Positions 1 to 15,800 of a stretch of DNA of 64,000 bases are shown in pieces. Source of the stretch: Dendrobates tinctorius (taxonomy: Eukaryota). The translations under genes and the position numbers were made by a program. The stretch is from assembly GCF_039654945.1 (NCBI RefSeq), contig NW_027361924.1, positions 10,478,001 to 10,542,000 of the forward strand. The letters run 5' to 3'. The notes beneath the pieces are model-generated. The model had not been told where the DNA came from. It did no database searches and was given only the letters and a program-made list of their open reading frames with translations. Position 1 is the first letter of the stretch. Every line of letters begins with the position of its first letter.

Positions 1-3000
1 GGTGTCTGATACCAGCGCTCATAGAAGGATCAGTATATAGCACTGATAACATGGTGTCTGATACCAGCGCTCATAGAGGGATCAGTATACAGCACTGATA
101 ACATGGTGTCTGATACCAGCGCTCATAGAAGGATCAGTATATAGCACTGATAACATGGTGTCTGATACCAGCGCTCATAGAAGGATCAGTATACAGCACT
201 GATAACATGGTGTCTGATACCAGCGCTCATAGAAGGATCAGTATACAGCACTGATAACATGGTGTCTGATACCAGCACTCATAGAGGGATCAGTATACAG
301 CACTGATAACATGGTGTCTGATACCAGCGCTCATAGAAGGATCAGTATACAGCACTGATAACATGGTGTCTGATACCAGCGCTCATAGAAGGATCAGTAT
401 ACAGCACTGATAACATGGTGTCTGATACCAGCGCTCATAGAGGGATCAGTATACAGCACTGATAACATGGTGTCTGATACCAGCGGTCATAGAGGGATCA
501 GTATACAGCGCTGATAACATGGTGTCTGATAGCAGCGCTCATAGAAGGATCAGTATACAGCACTGATAACATGGTGTCTGATACCAGCGCTCATAGAAGG
601 ATCAGTATACAGCACTGATAACATGGTGTCTGATACCAGCGCTCATAGAGGGATCAGTATACAGCACTGATAACATGGTGTCTGATACCAGCGCTCATAG
701 AAGGATCAGTATACAGCAGTGATAACATGGTGTCTGATACCAGCGCTCATAAAGGGATCAGTATACAGCAGTGATAACATGGTGTCTGATACCAGCGCTC
801 ATAGAGGGATCAGTATACAGCACTGATAACATGGTGTCTGATACCAGCGCTCATAGAAGGATCAGTATACAGCAGTGATAACATGGTGTCTGATACCAGC
901 GCTCATAGAAGGATCAGTATACAGCAGTGATAACATGGTGTCTGATACCAGCGCTCATAGAAGGATCAGTATACAGCAGTGATAACATGGTGTCTGATAC
1001 CAGCGCTCATAGAAGGATCAGTATACAGCACTGATAACATGGTGTCTGATACCAGCGCTCATAGAAGGATCAGTATACAGCAGTGATAACATGGTGTCTG
1101 ATACCAGCGCTCATAGAAGGATCAGTATACAGCAGTGATAACATGGTGTCTGATACCAGCGCTCATAAAGGCATCAGTATACAGCAGTGATAACATGGTG
1201 TCTGATACCAGCGCTCATAGAGGGATCAGTATACAGCACTGATAACATGGTGTCTGATACCAGCGCTCATAGAAGGATCAGTATACAGCAGTGATAACAT
1301 GGTGTCTGATACCAGCGCTCATAGAAGGATCAGTATACAGCAGTGATAACATGGTGTCTGATACCAGCGCTCATAGAAGGATCAGTATACAGCACTGATA
1401 ACATGGTGTCTGATACCAGCGCTCATAGAAGGATCAGTATACAGCAGTGATAACATGGTGTCTGATACCAGCGCTCATAGAAGGATCAGTATACAGCACT
1501 GATAACATGGTGTCTGATACCAGCGCTCATAGAGGGATCAGTATACAGCACTGATAACATGGTGTTTGATACCAGCACTCATAGAAGGATCAGTATACAG
1601 CACTGATAACATGGTGTCTGATACCAGCGCTCATAGAAGGATCAGTATACAGCACTGATAACATGGTGTGTGATACCAGCGCTCATAGAAGGATCAGTAT
1701 ACAGCACTGATAACAAGGTGTCTGATACCAGCACTCATAGAGGGATCAGTATACAGCACTGATAACATGGTGTCTGATACCAGCGCTCATAGAAGGATCA
1801 GTATACAGCACTGATAACATGGTGTCTGATACCAGCACTCATAGAAGGATCAGTATACAGCACTGATAACATGGTGTCTGATACCAGCGCTCATAGAAGG
1901 ATCAGTATACAGCACTGATAACATGGTGTCTGATACCAGCGCTCATAGAGGGATCAGTATACAGCAGTGATAACATGGTGTCTGATACCAGCACTCATAG
2001 AAGGATCAGTATACAGCACTGATAACATGGTGTCTGATACCAGCGCTCATAGAAGGATCAGTATACAGCACTGATAACATGGTGTCTGATACCAGCACTC
2101 ATAGACGGATCAGTATACAGCAGTGATAACATGGTGTCTGATACCAGCGCTCATAGACGGATCAGTATACAGCAGTGATAACATGGTGTCTGATACCAGC
2201 GCTCATAGAGGGATCAGTATACAGCACTGATAACATGGTGTCTGATACCAGCACTCATAGACGGATCAGTATACAGCAGTGATAACATGGTGTCTGATAC
2301 CAGCGCTCATAGAAGGATCAGTATACAGCGCTGATAACATGGTGTCTGATACCAGAGCTCATAGACGGATCAGTATACAGCAGTGATAACATGGTGTCTG
2401 ATACCAGCGCTCATAGAGGGATCAGTATACAGCACTGATAACATGGTGTCTGATACCAGCACTCATAGACGGATCAGTATACAGCAGTGATAACATGGTG
2501 TCTGATACCAGCGCTCATAGAAGGATCAGTATACAGCACTGATAACATGGTGTCTGATACCAGCGCTCATAGAAGGATCAGTATACAGCACTGATAACAT
2601 GGTGTCTGATACCAGCGCTCAGAGGGATCAGTATACAGCACTGATAACATGGTGTCTGATACCAGCGCTCATAGAGGGATCAGTATACAGCACTGATAAC
2701 ATGGTGTCTGATACCAGCACTCATAGAAGGATCAGTATACAGCACTGATAACATGGTGTCTGATACCAGCGCTCATAGAAGGATCAGTATACAGCACTGA
2801 TAACATGGTGTCTGATACCAGCACTCATAGACGGATCAGTATACAGCAGTGATAACATGGTGTCTGATACCAGCGCTCATAGAAGGATCAGTATACAGCA
2901 CTGATAACATGGTGTCTGATACCAGCGCTCATAGAAGGATCAGTATACAGCACTGATAACATGGTGTCTGATACCAGCGCTCAGAGGGATCAGTATACAG

Positions 3001-3407
3001 CACTGATAACATGGTGTCTGATACCAGCGCTCATAGAAGGATCAGTATACAGCACTGATAACATGGTGTCTGATACCAGCACTCATAGACGGATCAGTAT
3101 ACAGCAGTGATAACATGGTGTCTGATACCAGCACTCATAGAAGGATCAGTATACAGCACTGATAACATGGTGTCTGATACCAGCGCTCATAGAAGGATCA
3201 GTATACAGCACTGATAACATGGTGTCTGATACCAGCGCTCAGAGGGATCAGTATACAGCACTGATAACATGGTGTCTGATACCAGCGCTCATAGAGGGAT
3301 CAGTATACAGCACTGATAACATGGTGTCTGATACCAGCGCTCATAGAGGGATCAGTATACAGCGCTGATAACATGGTGTCTGATACCAGCGCTCATAGAA
3401 GGATCAG
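1..3407. repeat. 52-bp tandem satellite, left segment (~65 copies; runs off the window start)
   Basis: Unit GGTGTCTGATACCAGCGCTCATAGAAGGATCAGTATACAGCACTGATAACAT recurs at 1, 53, 105 and so on. Variation is confined to a few positions (CGC/CAC, GAA/GAG/GAC, CAC/CAG/CGC). Confidence 0.98.
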
Positions 3408-3899
3408 GGGGATTCCCTGTTGAGAGGAACAGAGGCCGCTATCTGCAGACCGGATATAACTTCAAGAGAAATGTGCTGTCTTCCAGGTGCAAAAATTAAA
3501 GATGTGTCTGACAGGATATCAGGACTCTTCAGACCTACAGATGACTACCCATTCCTGCTACTACATGTGGGGACAAATGACACCGCAAGAAATGACCTGG
3601 AAACCATCTGCAGAGACTTTGAAGACTTAGGCAAGAAAGTGAAAGAACTGGGAGCGCAGGTGGTCTTCTCTTCCATCCTCCCAGTGGATGGCCATGGAAC
3701 AAGGAGGTGGAATAAGATTCTGCAGGTGAACAACTGGCTACGTCGATGGTGCCGTCAGGAACGATTTGGATTTCTGGATCACGGAGTGAACTACTTATAC
3801 GATGGACTACTTGCTAGAGATGGGGTGCACCTTACGAAGACTGGAAAGCATGTATTTGGAAGTCGCCTTGCTACACTTGTAAGGAGAGCTTTAAACTAG
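3408..3899 (+). pseudogene. CR1 ORF1 C-terminal SGNH/GDSL esterase domain (5'-truncated)
   Basis: Reads GDSLLRGTE...CLPGAKI...HVGTND...DGVHL (SGNH blocks I, II, III, V), with stop at 3897-3899. No upstream ORF1 sequence is present. Confidence 0.9.
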
Positions 3900-3901
3900 A
3901 A

Positions 3902-6811
3902 CAACATGGGAAGGGAAGCAAAAGACCAGAAAAAGCCATACACCTGACAAATGCTATTGAGAACTCTGCTATTAGAAGTGGAAAGGAAGAACAAAGACGA
4001 AAGAATCTAATTAATAAAAACATTGGAGAAAGAGAAAACAATCACAAACTAAAATGTTTCTATACTAATGCACAAAGCATGGGCAACAAACAAGGAGAAT
4101 TGGAACTACTAACACAGGAAAAGAAATATGATGTCATTGGAATCACTGAAACTTGGTGGGACAATACACATGATTGGAATACAAGACTAGAAGGATACAA
4201 CTTATTTGCAAGAAACAGACTTGATAAACGAGGAGGGGGTGTCGCATTGTATGTTACAAACGCGTATATCTGAACAGAGATTGAAGCTTCAGAGACTGGG
4301 AGTTCTGTGGAAACTGTTTGGGTAAGAATACAAGGACAGAACAATGGAAAGGACACCATTGTAGGCATTTACTACAGGCCGCCTGTGCAAGCTGAAGATA
4401 TGGATGAACTCTTTATGCATCAAATGGCCAAGTTCTCCAAAAAATATGACATAGTTGTCATGGGAGATTTCAACTATCCAGACATTTGTTGGGAATCTCT
4501 CTCAGGCAAAACTAACAGGTCAAGGAAATTCTTATCCTCTCTTGCTGACAACTTTATCTTCCAAAAGGTAGGGGATAAAACAAGGGGAACTGCTACCTTG
4601 GATCTAATCCTTATAAACAGGGAGGAAATGGTTGAGGAGGTAAAAGTGGCTGGGACCCTAGGAGGTAGCGACCATGCTATTTTAGAATTTTGGATAACTA
4701 GAGGCGGAAGACCTGTGAAGACTCAGACATCAAGGTTAGATTTCAGAAAGGCAGATTTTAAAGGATTCAGAAAGAGAATTGGAGGGATCCAATGGCTGGA
4801 TATCCTTAAAGACAAAAATGTCCAGGAAGGATGGGAAATCTTGAAAAATGAAATTCTCAAAGCACAGTTGTTAACAATTCCGAAAAGAGGGAAGAATAGG
4901 AAGCATTTAAGGAAACCAGAATGGATGAACACAGAACTTAAGCACATGCTAAAAAGGAAGAAAAAAATGTTTATAAAATGGAAAGAGGGAGGCATATCTA
5001 AAGAATAATATAATGCTGTCTGCAGAACCTGCAGGGCACAAACCAGATTAGCTAAAGCTGACAATGAATTGAGGCTTGCAAGAGATGTCAAAAGCAATAA
5101 TAAAGGATTTTGGGGATATGTCAAAAGTAAAAGAAAAGTCAAAGATGCTATAGGATTTTTACAGGATGAAAATGATGAAATGGTAAGACAGGATGTTGAG
5201 AAGGCTGAACTTTTAAATTCCTATTTTGCATCTGTTTTCTCTCAGAAAGGAAATGTAACATCAACTGTTATTCACTGTCCTATTAAGGGAATAGAAGAAT
5301 CCAGGATATCTATAAACAGAAAGATAGTGAGGAAACACTTAGCTAACCTAAATGAATTCAAGTCTCCAGGTCCAGATGAATTACACTCCAGAGTACTGAA
5401 GGAGATAGCAGAAGAAATTTTCGAACCCCTCTCCATAATCTTTGAAAATTCTTGGAGAACAGGAGAAGTGCCAGAAGACTGGAGAAGAGCAAATGTTGTT
5501 CCTATCTTCAAAAAGGGGAAGAAGGTGGACCCAGGCAACTATAGGCCGGTGAGTCTGACTTCTATACCAGGAAAGATCTTTGAACAAATTATTAAACAAC
5601 ATGTATGTCAGTACCTGGATAAGAATGAAATGATTAAACAGAGTCAGCATGGGTTTGTAACTAATAAGTCATGTCAGACTAACTTAATTTCCTTCTATGA
5701 TGGTATCACTGATTGGGTGGATCAAGGAAATGCTGTAGATATAGTATATCTTGACTTCAGCAAAGCATTTGACAAAGTCTCTCATACAATCCTTATTGAA
5801 AAAATGACTAAGTATGGAATGGACAAGGCAACTGTTAGGTGGATTCATAACTGGCTTACTGATCGGACACAAAGAGTGGTTGTAAATGGCTGCACATCCA
5901 GTTGGAAGAATGTCTCAAGTGGGGTACCACAGGGCTCTGTCCTGGGCCCTGTATTGTTCAACATCTTTATCAACGATTTAGATGAAGGAATTGAGGGTAA
6001 ACTGATTAAATTTGCTGATGACACAAAGCTAGGAGGCATAGCTAATACTAGAGAAGAGAGAGAGAGGATTCAAAAAGATTTAAATAAACTGGAGAAGTGG
6101 GCAGCAACTAACAGAATGGTTTTTAACAGGGAGAAATGCAAAGTACTACATCTGGGCAATAAAAATGAAAAAAGCATATATAGAATGGGAGGAATAGGGC
6201 TAAGTGACAGCACATGTGTAAAAGACTTGGGTATACTAATAGATAACAGACTGAATATGAGTCAACAGTGTGATGCAGCCGCAAAAAAGGCAAATGCAAT
6301 TCTAGGATGTATTAACAGAAGCATACAGTCTAGATCACGTGAAGTCATTATTTCCCTCTACTCCTCTTTGGTCAGACCTCATCTGGAATATTGTGTCCAG
6401 TTTTGGGCACCACATTTTAAAAAAGACATCAACAAACTGGAGCAAGTTCAGAAAAGAGCAACCAGAATGGTGACCGGTCTGCAAACCCTGTCTTATGAGG
6501 AAAGGTTGCAGGATTTGGGAATGTTTAGTTTGCAAAAGAGAAGATTGAGAGGAGACTTAATAGCTGTCTACAAATATCTAAAGGGCTGTCACATTGTAGA
6601 AGGATCAACTTTATTCTCATTTGCACAAGGAAAGACTAGAAGCAATGGGATGAAACTGAATGGGAGGAGACACAGATTAGATATTAGAAAAAACTTTTTG
6701 ACAGTTAGAGTGATCAATGAGTGGAACAGGCTGCCACGAGAAGTGGTGAGTTCTCCTTCAATGGAAGTCTTCAAACAGAGGCTGGACAGACATCTGACTG
6801 GGATGATTTAG
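3902..6811 (+). pseudogene. CR1 ORF2 (APE endonuclease + reverse transcriptase) with two premature in-frame stops
   Basis: One reading frame carries [47 protein letters not shown] and KFADD. Stops at 4271-4273 (TGA) and 5006-5008 (TAA). ORFs 4079, 4307 and 5069 are in frame, so there is no frameshift. Confidence 0.93.
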
Positions 6812-6896
6812 CGAATCCTGCTTTGAGCAGGGGGTTGGACCAGATGGCCCAGGAGGTCAATTCCAACTCTACGATTCTATGATTCTATGATTCTAT

Positions 6897-9800
6897 GATC
6901 AGTATACAGCACTGATAACATGGTGTCTGATACCAGCGCTCATAGAAGGATCAGTATACAGCACTGATAACATGGTGTCTGATACCAGCGCTCATAGAGG
7001 GATCAGTATACAGCAGTGATAACATGGTGTCTGATACCAGCACTCATAGAAGGATCAGTATACAGCGATGATAACATGGTGTCTGAGACCAGCGCTCATA
7101 GAGGGATCAGTATACAGCAGTGATAACATGGTGTCTGATACCAGCGCTCATAGAAGGATCAGTATACAGCAGTGATAACATGGTGTCTGATACCAGCGCT
7201 CATAGAGGGATCAGTATACAGCAGTGATAACATGGTGTCTGATACCAGCGCTCATAGAAGGATCAGTATACAGCACTGATAACATGGTGTCTGATACCAG
7301 CGCTCATAGAAGGATCAGTATACAGCAGTGATAACATGGTGTCTGATACCAGCGCTCATAGAAGGATCAGTATACAGCAGTGATAACATGGTGTCTGATA
7401 CCAGCGCTCATAGAAGGATCAGTATACAGCACTGATAACATGGTGTCTGATACCAGCGCTCATAGAAGGATCAGTATACTGCACTGATAACATGGTGTCT
7501 GATACCAGCGCTCATAGAAGGATCAGTATACAGCACTGATAACATGGTGTCTGATACCAGCGCTCATAGAAGGATCAGTATACAGCACTGATAACATGGT
7601 GTCTGATACCAGCACTCATAGAGGGATCAGTATACAGCAGTGATAACATGGTGTCTGATACCAGCGCTCATAGAAGGATCAGTATACAGCTCTGATAACA
7701 TGGTGTCTGATACCAGCGCTCATAGAAGGATCAGTATATAGCACTGATAACATGGTGTCTGATATCAGCGCTCATAGAAGGATCAGTATACTGCACTGAT
7801 AACATGGTGTCTGATACCAGCGCTCATAGAAGGATCAGTATACAGCACTGATAACATGGTGTCTGATACCAGCGCTCATAGAAGGATCAGTATACAGCAC
7901 TGATAACATGGTGTCTGATACCAGCGCTCATAGAAGGATCAGTATACAGCTCTGATAACATGGTGTCTGATACCAGCGCTCATAGAAGGATCAGTATACA
8001 GCACTGATAACATGGTGTCTGATACCAGCTCTCATAGAGGGATCAGTATACAGCACTGATAACATGGTGTCTGATACCAGCGCTCATAGAAGGATCAGTA
8101 TACAGCTCTGATAACATGGTGTCTGATACCAGCGCTCATAGAAGGATCAGTATATAGCACTGATAACATGGTGTCTGATACCAGCGCTCATAGAAGGATC
8201 AGTATACAGCACTGATAACATGGTGTCTGATACCAGCGCTCATAGAAGGATCAGTATACAGCTCTGATAACATGGTGTCTGATACCAGCGCTCATAGAAG
8301 GATCAGTATATAGCACTGATAACATGGTGTCTGATACCAGCGCTCATAGAAGGATCAGTATACAGCGCTGATAACATGGTGTCTGATACCAGCGCTCATA
8401 GAAGGATCAGTATACAGCACTGATAACATGGTGTCTGATACCAGCGCTCATAGAAGGATCAGTATACAGCACTGATAACATGGTGTCTGATACCAGCGCT
8501 CATAGAAGGATCAGTATACAGCACTGATAACATGGTGTCTGATACCAGCACTCATAGAAGGATCAGTATACAGCAGTGATAACATGGTGTCTGATACCAG
8601 CGCTCATAGAAGGATCAGTATACAGCAGTGATAACATGGTGTCTGATACCAGCGCTCATAGAAGGATCAGTATACAGCAGTGATAACATGGTGTCTGATA
8701 CCAGCGCTCATAGAAGGATCAGTATACAGCAGTGATAACATGGTGTCTGATACCAGCGCTCATAGAAGGATCAGTATACTGCACTGATAACATGGTGTCT
8801 GATACCAGCGCTCATAGAGGGATCAGTATACAGCACTGATAACATGGTGTCTGATACCAGCGCTCATAGAGGGATCAGTATACAGCGCTGATAACATGGT
8901 GTCTGATACCAGCGCTCATAGAGGGATCAGTATACAGCACTGATAACATGGTGTCTGATACCAGCGCTCATAGAGGGATCAGTATACAGCACTGATAACA
9001 TGGTGTCTGATACCAGCGCTCATAGAGGGATCAGTATACAGCACTGATAACATGGTGTCTGATACCAGCGCTCATAGAAGGATCAGTATACAGCACTGAT
9101 AACATGGTGTCTGATACCAGCGCTCATAGAAGGATCAGTATACAGCGCTGATAACATGGTGTCTGATACCAGCGCTCATAGAAGGATCAGTATACAGCGC
9201 TGATAACATGGTGTCTGATACCAGCACTCATAGAGGGATCAGTATACAGCGCTGATAACATGGTGTCTGATACCAGCGCTCATAGAAGGATCAGTATACA
9301 GCACTGATAACATGGTGTCTGATACCAGCGCTCATAGAAGGATCAGTATACAGCGCTGATAACATGGTGTCTGATACCAGCGCTCATAGAAGGATCAGTA
9401 TACAGCGCTGATAACATGGTGTCTGATACCAGCACTCATAGAGGGATCAGTATACAGCACTGATAACATGGTGTCTGATACCAGCGCTCATAGAAGGATC
9501 AGTATACAGCGCTGATAACATGGTGTCTGATACCAGCGCTCATAGAAGGATCAGTATACAGCGCTGATAACATGGTGTCTGATACCAGCGCTCATAGAAG
9601 GATCAGTATACAGCGCTGATAACATGGTGTCTGATACCAGCGCTCATAGAAGGATCAGTATACAGCAGTGATAACATGGTGTCTGATACCAGCGCTCATA
9701 GAAGGATCAGTATACAGCGCTGATAACATGGTGTCTGATATCAGCGCTCATAGAAGGATCAGTATACAGCACTGATAACATGGTGTCTGATACCAGCGCT

Positions 9801-12800
9801 CATAGAAGGATCAGTATACAGCACTGATAACATGGTGTCTGATACCAGCGCTCATAGAAGGATCAGTATACAGCACTGATAACATGGTGTCTGATACCAG
9901 CGCTCATAGAGGGATCAGTATACAGCACTGATAACATGGTGTCTGATACCAGCGCTCATAGAAGGATCAGTATACAGCACTGATAACATGGTGTCTGATA
10001 CCAGCACTCATAGAGGGATCAGTATACAGCACTGATAACATGGTGTCTGATACCAGCGCTCATAGAAGGATCAGTATACAGCACTGATAACATGGTGTCT
10101 GATACCAGCGCTCATAGAGGGATCAGTATACAGCACTGATAACATGGTGTCTGATACCAGCGCTCATAGAAGGATCAGTATACAGCACTGATAACATGGT
10201 GTCTGATACCAGCGCTCATAGAAGGATCAGTATACAGCAGTGATAACATGGTGTCTGATACCAGCGCTCATAGAAGGATCAGTATACAGCGCTGATAACA
10301 TGGTGTCTGATACCAGCACTCATAGAAGGATCAGTATACAGCAGTGATAACATGGTGTCTGATACCAGCACTCATAGAAGGATCAGTATACAGCACTGAT
10401 AACATGGTGTCTGATACCAGCACTCATAGAGGGATCAGTATACAGCACTGATAACATGGTGTCTGATACCAGCGCTCATAGAAGGATCAGTATACAGCAC
10501 TGATAACATGGTGTCTGATACCAGCGCTCATAGAAGGATCAGTATACAGCAGTGATAACATGGTGTCTGATACCAGCGCTCATAGAAGGATCAGTATACA
10601 GCGCTGATAACATGGTGTCTGATACCAGCACTCATAGAAGGATCAGTATACAGCAGTGATAACATGGTGTCTGATACCAGCACTCATAGAAGGATCAGTA
10701 TACAGCACTGATAACATGGTGTCTGATACCAGCGCACATAGAAGGATCAGTATACAGCGCTGATAACATGGTGTCTGATATCAGCGCTCATAGAAGGATC
10801 AGTATACAGCACTGATAACATGGTGTCTGATACCAGCGCTCATAGAAGGATCAGTATACAGCAGTGATAACATGGTGTCTGATACCAGCGCTCATAGAAG
10901 GATCAGTATACAGCGCTGATAACATGGTGTCTGATACCAGCACTCATAGAAGGATCAGTATACAGCAGTGATAACATGGTGTCTGATACCAGCACTCATA
11001 GAGGGATCAGTATACAGCACTGATAACATGGTGTCTGATACCAGCGCTCATAGAAGGATCAGTATACAGCGCTGATAACATGGTGTCTGATACCAGCGCT
11101 CATAGAAGGATCAGTATACAGCAGTGATAACATGGTGTCTGATACCAGCGCTCATAGAAGGATCAGTATACAGCAGTGATAACATGGTGTCTGATACCAG
11201 CGCTCATAGAAGGATCAGTATACAGCAGTGATAACATGGTGTCTGATATCAGCGCTCATAGAAGGATCAGTATACAGCAGTGATAACATGGTGTCTGATA
11301 CCAGCGCTCATAGAGGGATCAGTATACAGCACTGATAACATGGTGTCTGATACCAGCGCTCATAGAAGGATCAGTATACAGCAGTGATAACATGGTGTCT
11401 GATATCAGCGCTCATAGAAGGATCAGTATACAGCAGTGATAACATGGTGTCTGATACCAGCGCTCATAGAAGGATCAGTATACAGCGCTGATAACATGGT
11501 GTCTGATACCAGCGCTCATAGAGGGATCAGTATACAGCACTGATAACATGGTGTCTGATACCAGCACTCATAGAAGGATCAGTATACAGCAGTGATAACA
11601 TGGTGTCTGATATCAGCGCTCATAGAAGGATCAGTATACAGCACTGATAACATGGTGTCTGATACCAGCGCTCATAGAGGGATCAGTATACAGCACTGAT
11701 AACATGGTGTCTGATACCAGCGCTCATAGAAGGATCAGTATACAGCACTGATAACATGGTGTCTGATATCAGCGCTCATAGAAGGATCAGTATACAGCAG
11801 TGATAACATGGTGTCTGATACCAGCGCTCATAGAAGGATCAGTATACAGCACTGATAACATGGTGTCTGATACCAGAGCTCATAGAAGGATCAGTATACA
11901 GCAGTGATAACATGGTGTCTGATACCAGCACTCATAGAAGGATCAGTATACAGCAGTGATAACATGGTGTCTGATACCAGCGCTCATAGACGGATCAGTA
12001 TACAGCGCTGATAACATGGTGTCTGATACCAGCGGTCATAGAGGGATCAGTATATAGCACTGATAACATGGTGTCTGATACCAGCACTCATAGAAGGATC
12101 AGTATACAGCACTGATAACATGGTGTCTGATACCAGCGCTCATAGAGGGATCAGTATACAGCACTGATAACATGGTGTCTGATACCAGCGCTCATAGAAG
12201 GATCAGTATACAGCAGTGATAACATGGTGTCTGATACCAGAGCTCATAGAAGGATCAGTATACAGCAGTGATAACATGGTGTCTGATACCAGCTCTCATA
12301 GAAGGATCAGTATACAGCAGTGATAACATGGTGTCTGATACCAGCGCTCATAGACGGATCAGTATACAGCGCTGATAACATGGTGTCTGATACCAGCGGT
12401 CATAGAGGGATCAGTATATAGCACTGATAACATGGTGTCTGATACCAGCGCTCATAGAAGGATCAGTATACAGCACTGATAACATGGTGTCTGATACCAG
12501 CGGTCATAGAGGGATCAGTATATAGCACTGATAACATGGTGTCTGATACCAGCACTCATAGAAGGATCAGTATACAGCGCTGATAACATGGTGTCTGATA
12601 CCAGCGCTCATAGAAGGATCAGTATACAGCAGTGATAACATGGTGTCTGATACCAGCACTCATAGAAGGATCAGTATACAGCACTGATAACATGGTGTCT
12701 GATACCAGCGCTCATAGAAGGATCAGTATACAGCAGTGATAACATGGTGTCTGATACCAGCACTCATAGAAGGATCAGTATACAGCACTGATAACATGGT

Positions 12801-15800
12801 GTCTGATACCAGCTCTCATAGAGGGATCAGTATACAGCGCTGATAACATGGTGTCTGATACCAGCACTCATAGAAGGATCAGTATACAGCACTGATAACA
12901 TGGTGTCTGATACCAGCGCTCATAGAAGGATCAGTATACAGCACTGATAACATGGTGTCTGATACCAGCGCTCATAGAGGGATCAGTATACAGCGCCGAT
13001 AACATGGTGTCTGATACCAGCTCTCATAGAGGGATCAGTATACAGCACTGATAACATGGTGTCTGATACCAGCGCTCATAGAAGGATCAGTATACAGCAC
13101 TGATAACATGGTGTCTGATACCAGCGCTCATAGAAGGATCAGTATACAGCACTGATAACATGGTGTCTGATACCAGCGCTCATAGAGGGATCAGTATACA
13201 GCACTGATAACATGGTGTCTGATACCAGCTCTCATAGAGGGATCAGTATACAGCACTGATAACATGGTGTCTGATACCAGCGCTCATAGAAGGATCAGTA
13301 TACAGCACTGATAACATGGTGTCTGATACCAGCTCTCATAGAGGGATCAGTATACAGCACTGATAACATGGTGTCTGATACCAGCGCTCATAGAAGGATC
13401 AGTATACAGCACTGATAACATGGTGTCTGATACCAGCGCTCATAGAGGGATCAGTATACAGCGCTGATAACATGGTGTCTGATACCAGCACTCATAGAAG
13501 GATCAGTATACAGCACTGATAACATGGTGTCTGATACCAGCGCTCATAGAAGGATCAGTATACAGCACTGATAACATGGTGTCTGATACCAGCGCTCATA
13601 GAGGGATCAGTATACAGCGCCGATAACATGGTGTCTGATACCAGCGCTCATAGAGGGATCAGTATACAGCGCTGATAACATGGTGTCTGATACCAGCACT
13701 CATAGAAGGATCAGTATACAGCAGTGATAACATGGTGTCTGATACCAGCACTCATAGAGGGATCAGTATACAGCGCTGATAACATGGTGTCTGATACCAG
13801 CACTCATAGAAGGATCAGTATACAGCACTGATAACATGGTGTCTGATACCAGCACTCATAGAGGGATCAGTATACAGCGCTGATAACATGGTGTCTGATA
13901 CCAGCGCTCATAGAAGGATCAGTATACAGCAGTGATAACATGGTGTCTGATACCAGCACTCATAGAAGGATCAGTATACAGCACTGATAACATGGTGTCT
14001 GATACCAGCGCTCATAGAAGGATCAGTATACAGCAGTGATAACATGGTGTCTGATACCAGCACTCATAGAGGGATCAGTATACAGCGCTGATAACATGGT
14101 GTCTGATACCAGCACTCATAGAAGGATCAGTATACAGCACTGATAACATGGTGTCTGATACCAGCACTCATAGAGGGATCAGTATACAGCGCTGATAACA
14201 TGGTGTCTGATACCAGCGCTCATAGAAGGATCAGTATACAGCAGTGATAACATGGTGTCTGATACCAGCACTCATAGAAGGATCAGTATACAGCACTGAT
14301 AACATGGTGTCTGATACCAGCGCTCATAGAAGGATCAGTATACAGCACTGATAACATGGTGTCTGATACCAGCGCTCATAGAAGGATCAGTATACAGCAC
14401 TGATAACATGGTGTCTGATACCAGCGCTCATAGAAGGATCAGTATACAGCACTGATAACATGGTGTCTGATACCAGCGCTCATAGAGGGATCAGTATACA
14501 GCGCCGATAACATGGTGTCTGATACCAGCGGTCATAGAAGGATCAGTATACAGCAGTGATAACATGGTGTCTGATACCAGCACTCAAAGAAGGATCAGTA
14601 TACAGCACTGATAACATGGTGTCTGATACCAGCGCTCATAGAAGGATCAGTATACAGCACTGATAACATGGTGTCTGATACCAGCACTCATAGAGGGATC
14701 AGTATACAGCGCTGATAACATGGTGTCTGATACCAGCACTCATAGAGGGATCAGTATACAGCGCCGATAACATGGTGTCTGATACCAGCGGTCATAGAAG
14801 GATCAGTATACAGCAGTGATAACATGGTGTCTGATACCAGCACTCATAGAAGGATCAGTATACAGCACTGATAACATGGTGTCTGATACCAGCGCTCATA
14901 GAAGGATCAGTATACAGCACTGATAACATGGTGTCTGATACCAGCACTCATAGAGGGATCAGTATACAGCGCTGATAACATGGTGTCTGATACCAGCACT
15001 CATAGAAGGATCAGTATACAGCACTGATAACATGGTGTCTGATACCAGCACTCATAGAGGGATCAGTATACAGCGCTGATAACATGGTGTCTGATACCAG
15101 CACTCATAGAAGGATCAGTATACAGCACTGATAACATGGTGTCTGTTACCAGCACTCATAGAGGGATCAGTATACAGCGCTGATAACATGGTGTCTGATA
15201 CCAGCGCTCATAGAAGGATCAGTATACAGCAGTGATAACATGGTGTCTGATACCAGCACTCATAGAAGGATCAGTATACAGCACTGATAACATGGTGTCT
15301 GATACCAGCGCTCATAGAAGGATCAGTATACAGCAGTGATAACATGGTGTCTGATACCAGCACTCATAGAGGGATCAGTATACAGCGCTGATAACATGGT
15401 GTCTGATACCAGCACTCATAGAAGGATCAGTATACAGCACTGATAACATGGTGTCTGATACCAGCACTCATAGAGGGATCAGTATACAGCGCTGATAACA
15501 TGGTGTCTGATACCAGCGCTCATAGAAGGATCAGTATACAGCAGTGATAACATGGTGTCTGATACCAGCACTCATAGAAGGATCAGTATACAGCACTGAT
15601 AACATGGTGTCTGATACCAGCGCTCATAGAAGGATCAGTATACAGCAGTGATAACATGGTGTCTGATACCAGCACTCATAGAGGGATCAGTATACAGCGC
15701 TGATAACATGGTGTCTGATACCAGCACTCATAGAAGGATCAGTATACAGCACTGATAACATGGTGTCTGATACCAGCACTCATAGAAGGATCAGTATACA

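Larger units (their letters stand above)
3408..6896 (+). mobile_element. CR1-clade LINE retrotransposon, 5'-truncated, inserted in the satellite with a 6-bp TSD (GATCAG)
   Basis: Contains the ORF1 esterase tail and APE-RT ORF2. The 3' UTR ends in the CR1-type (ATTCTATG)n tail at ~6873-6897. GATCAG occurs at 3402-3407 and 6897-6902, and the satellite phase resumes across the insertion. Confidence 0.95.

Noticed and set aside
4060-6774. Minus-strand ORFs over the CR1
   Set aside because: Antisense shadows of ORF2 with no recognisable motifs.
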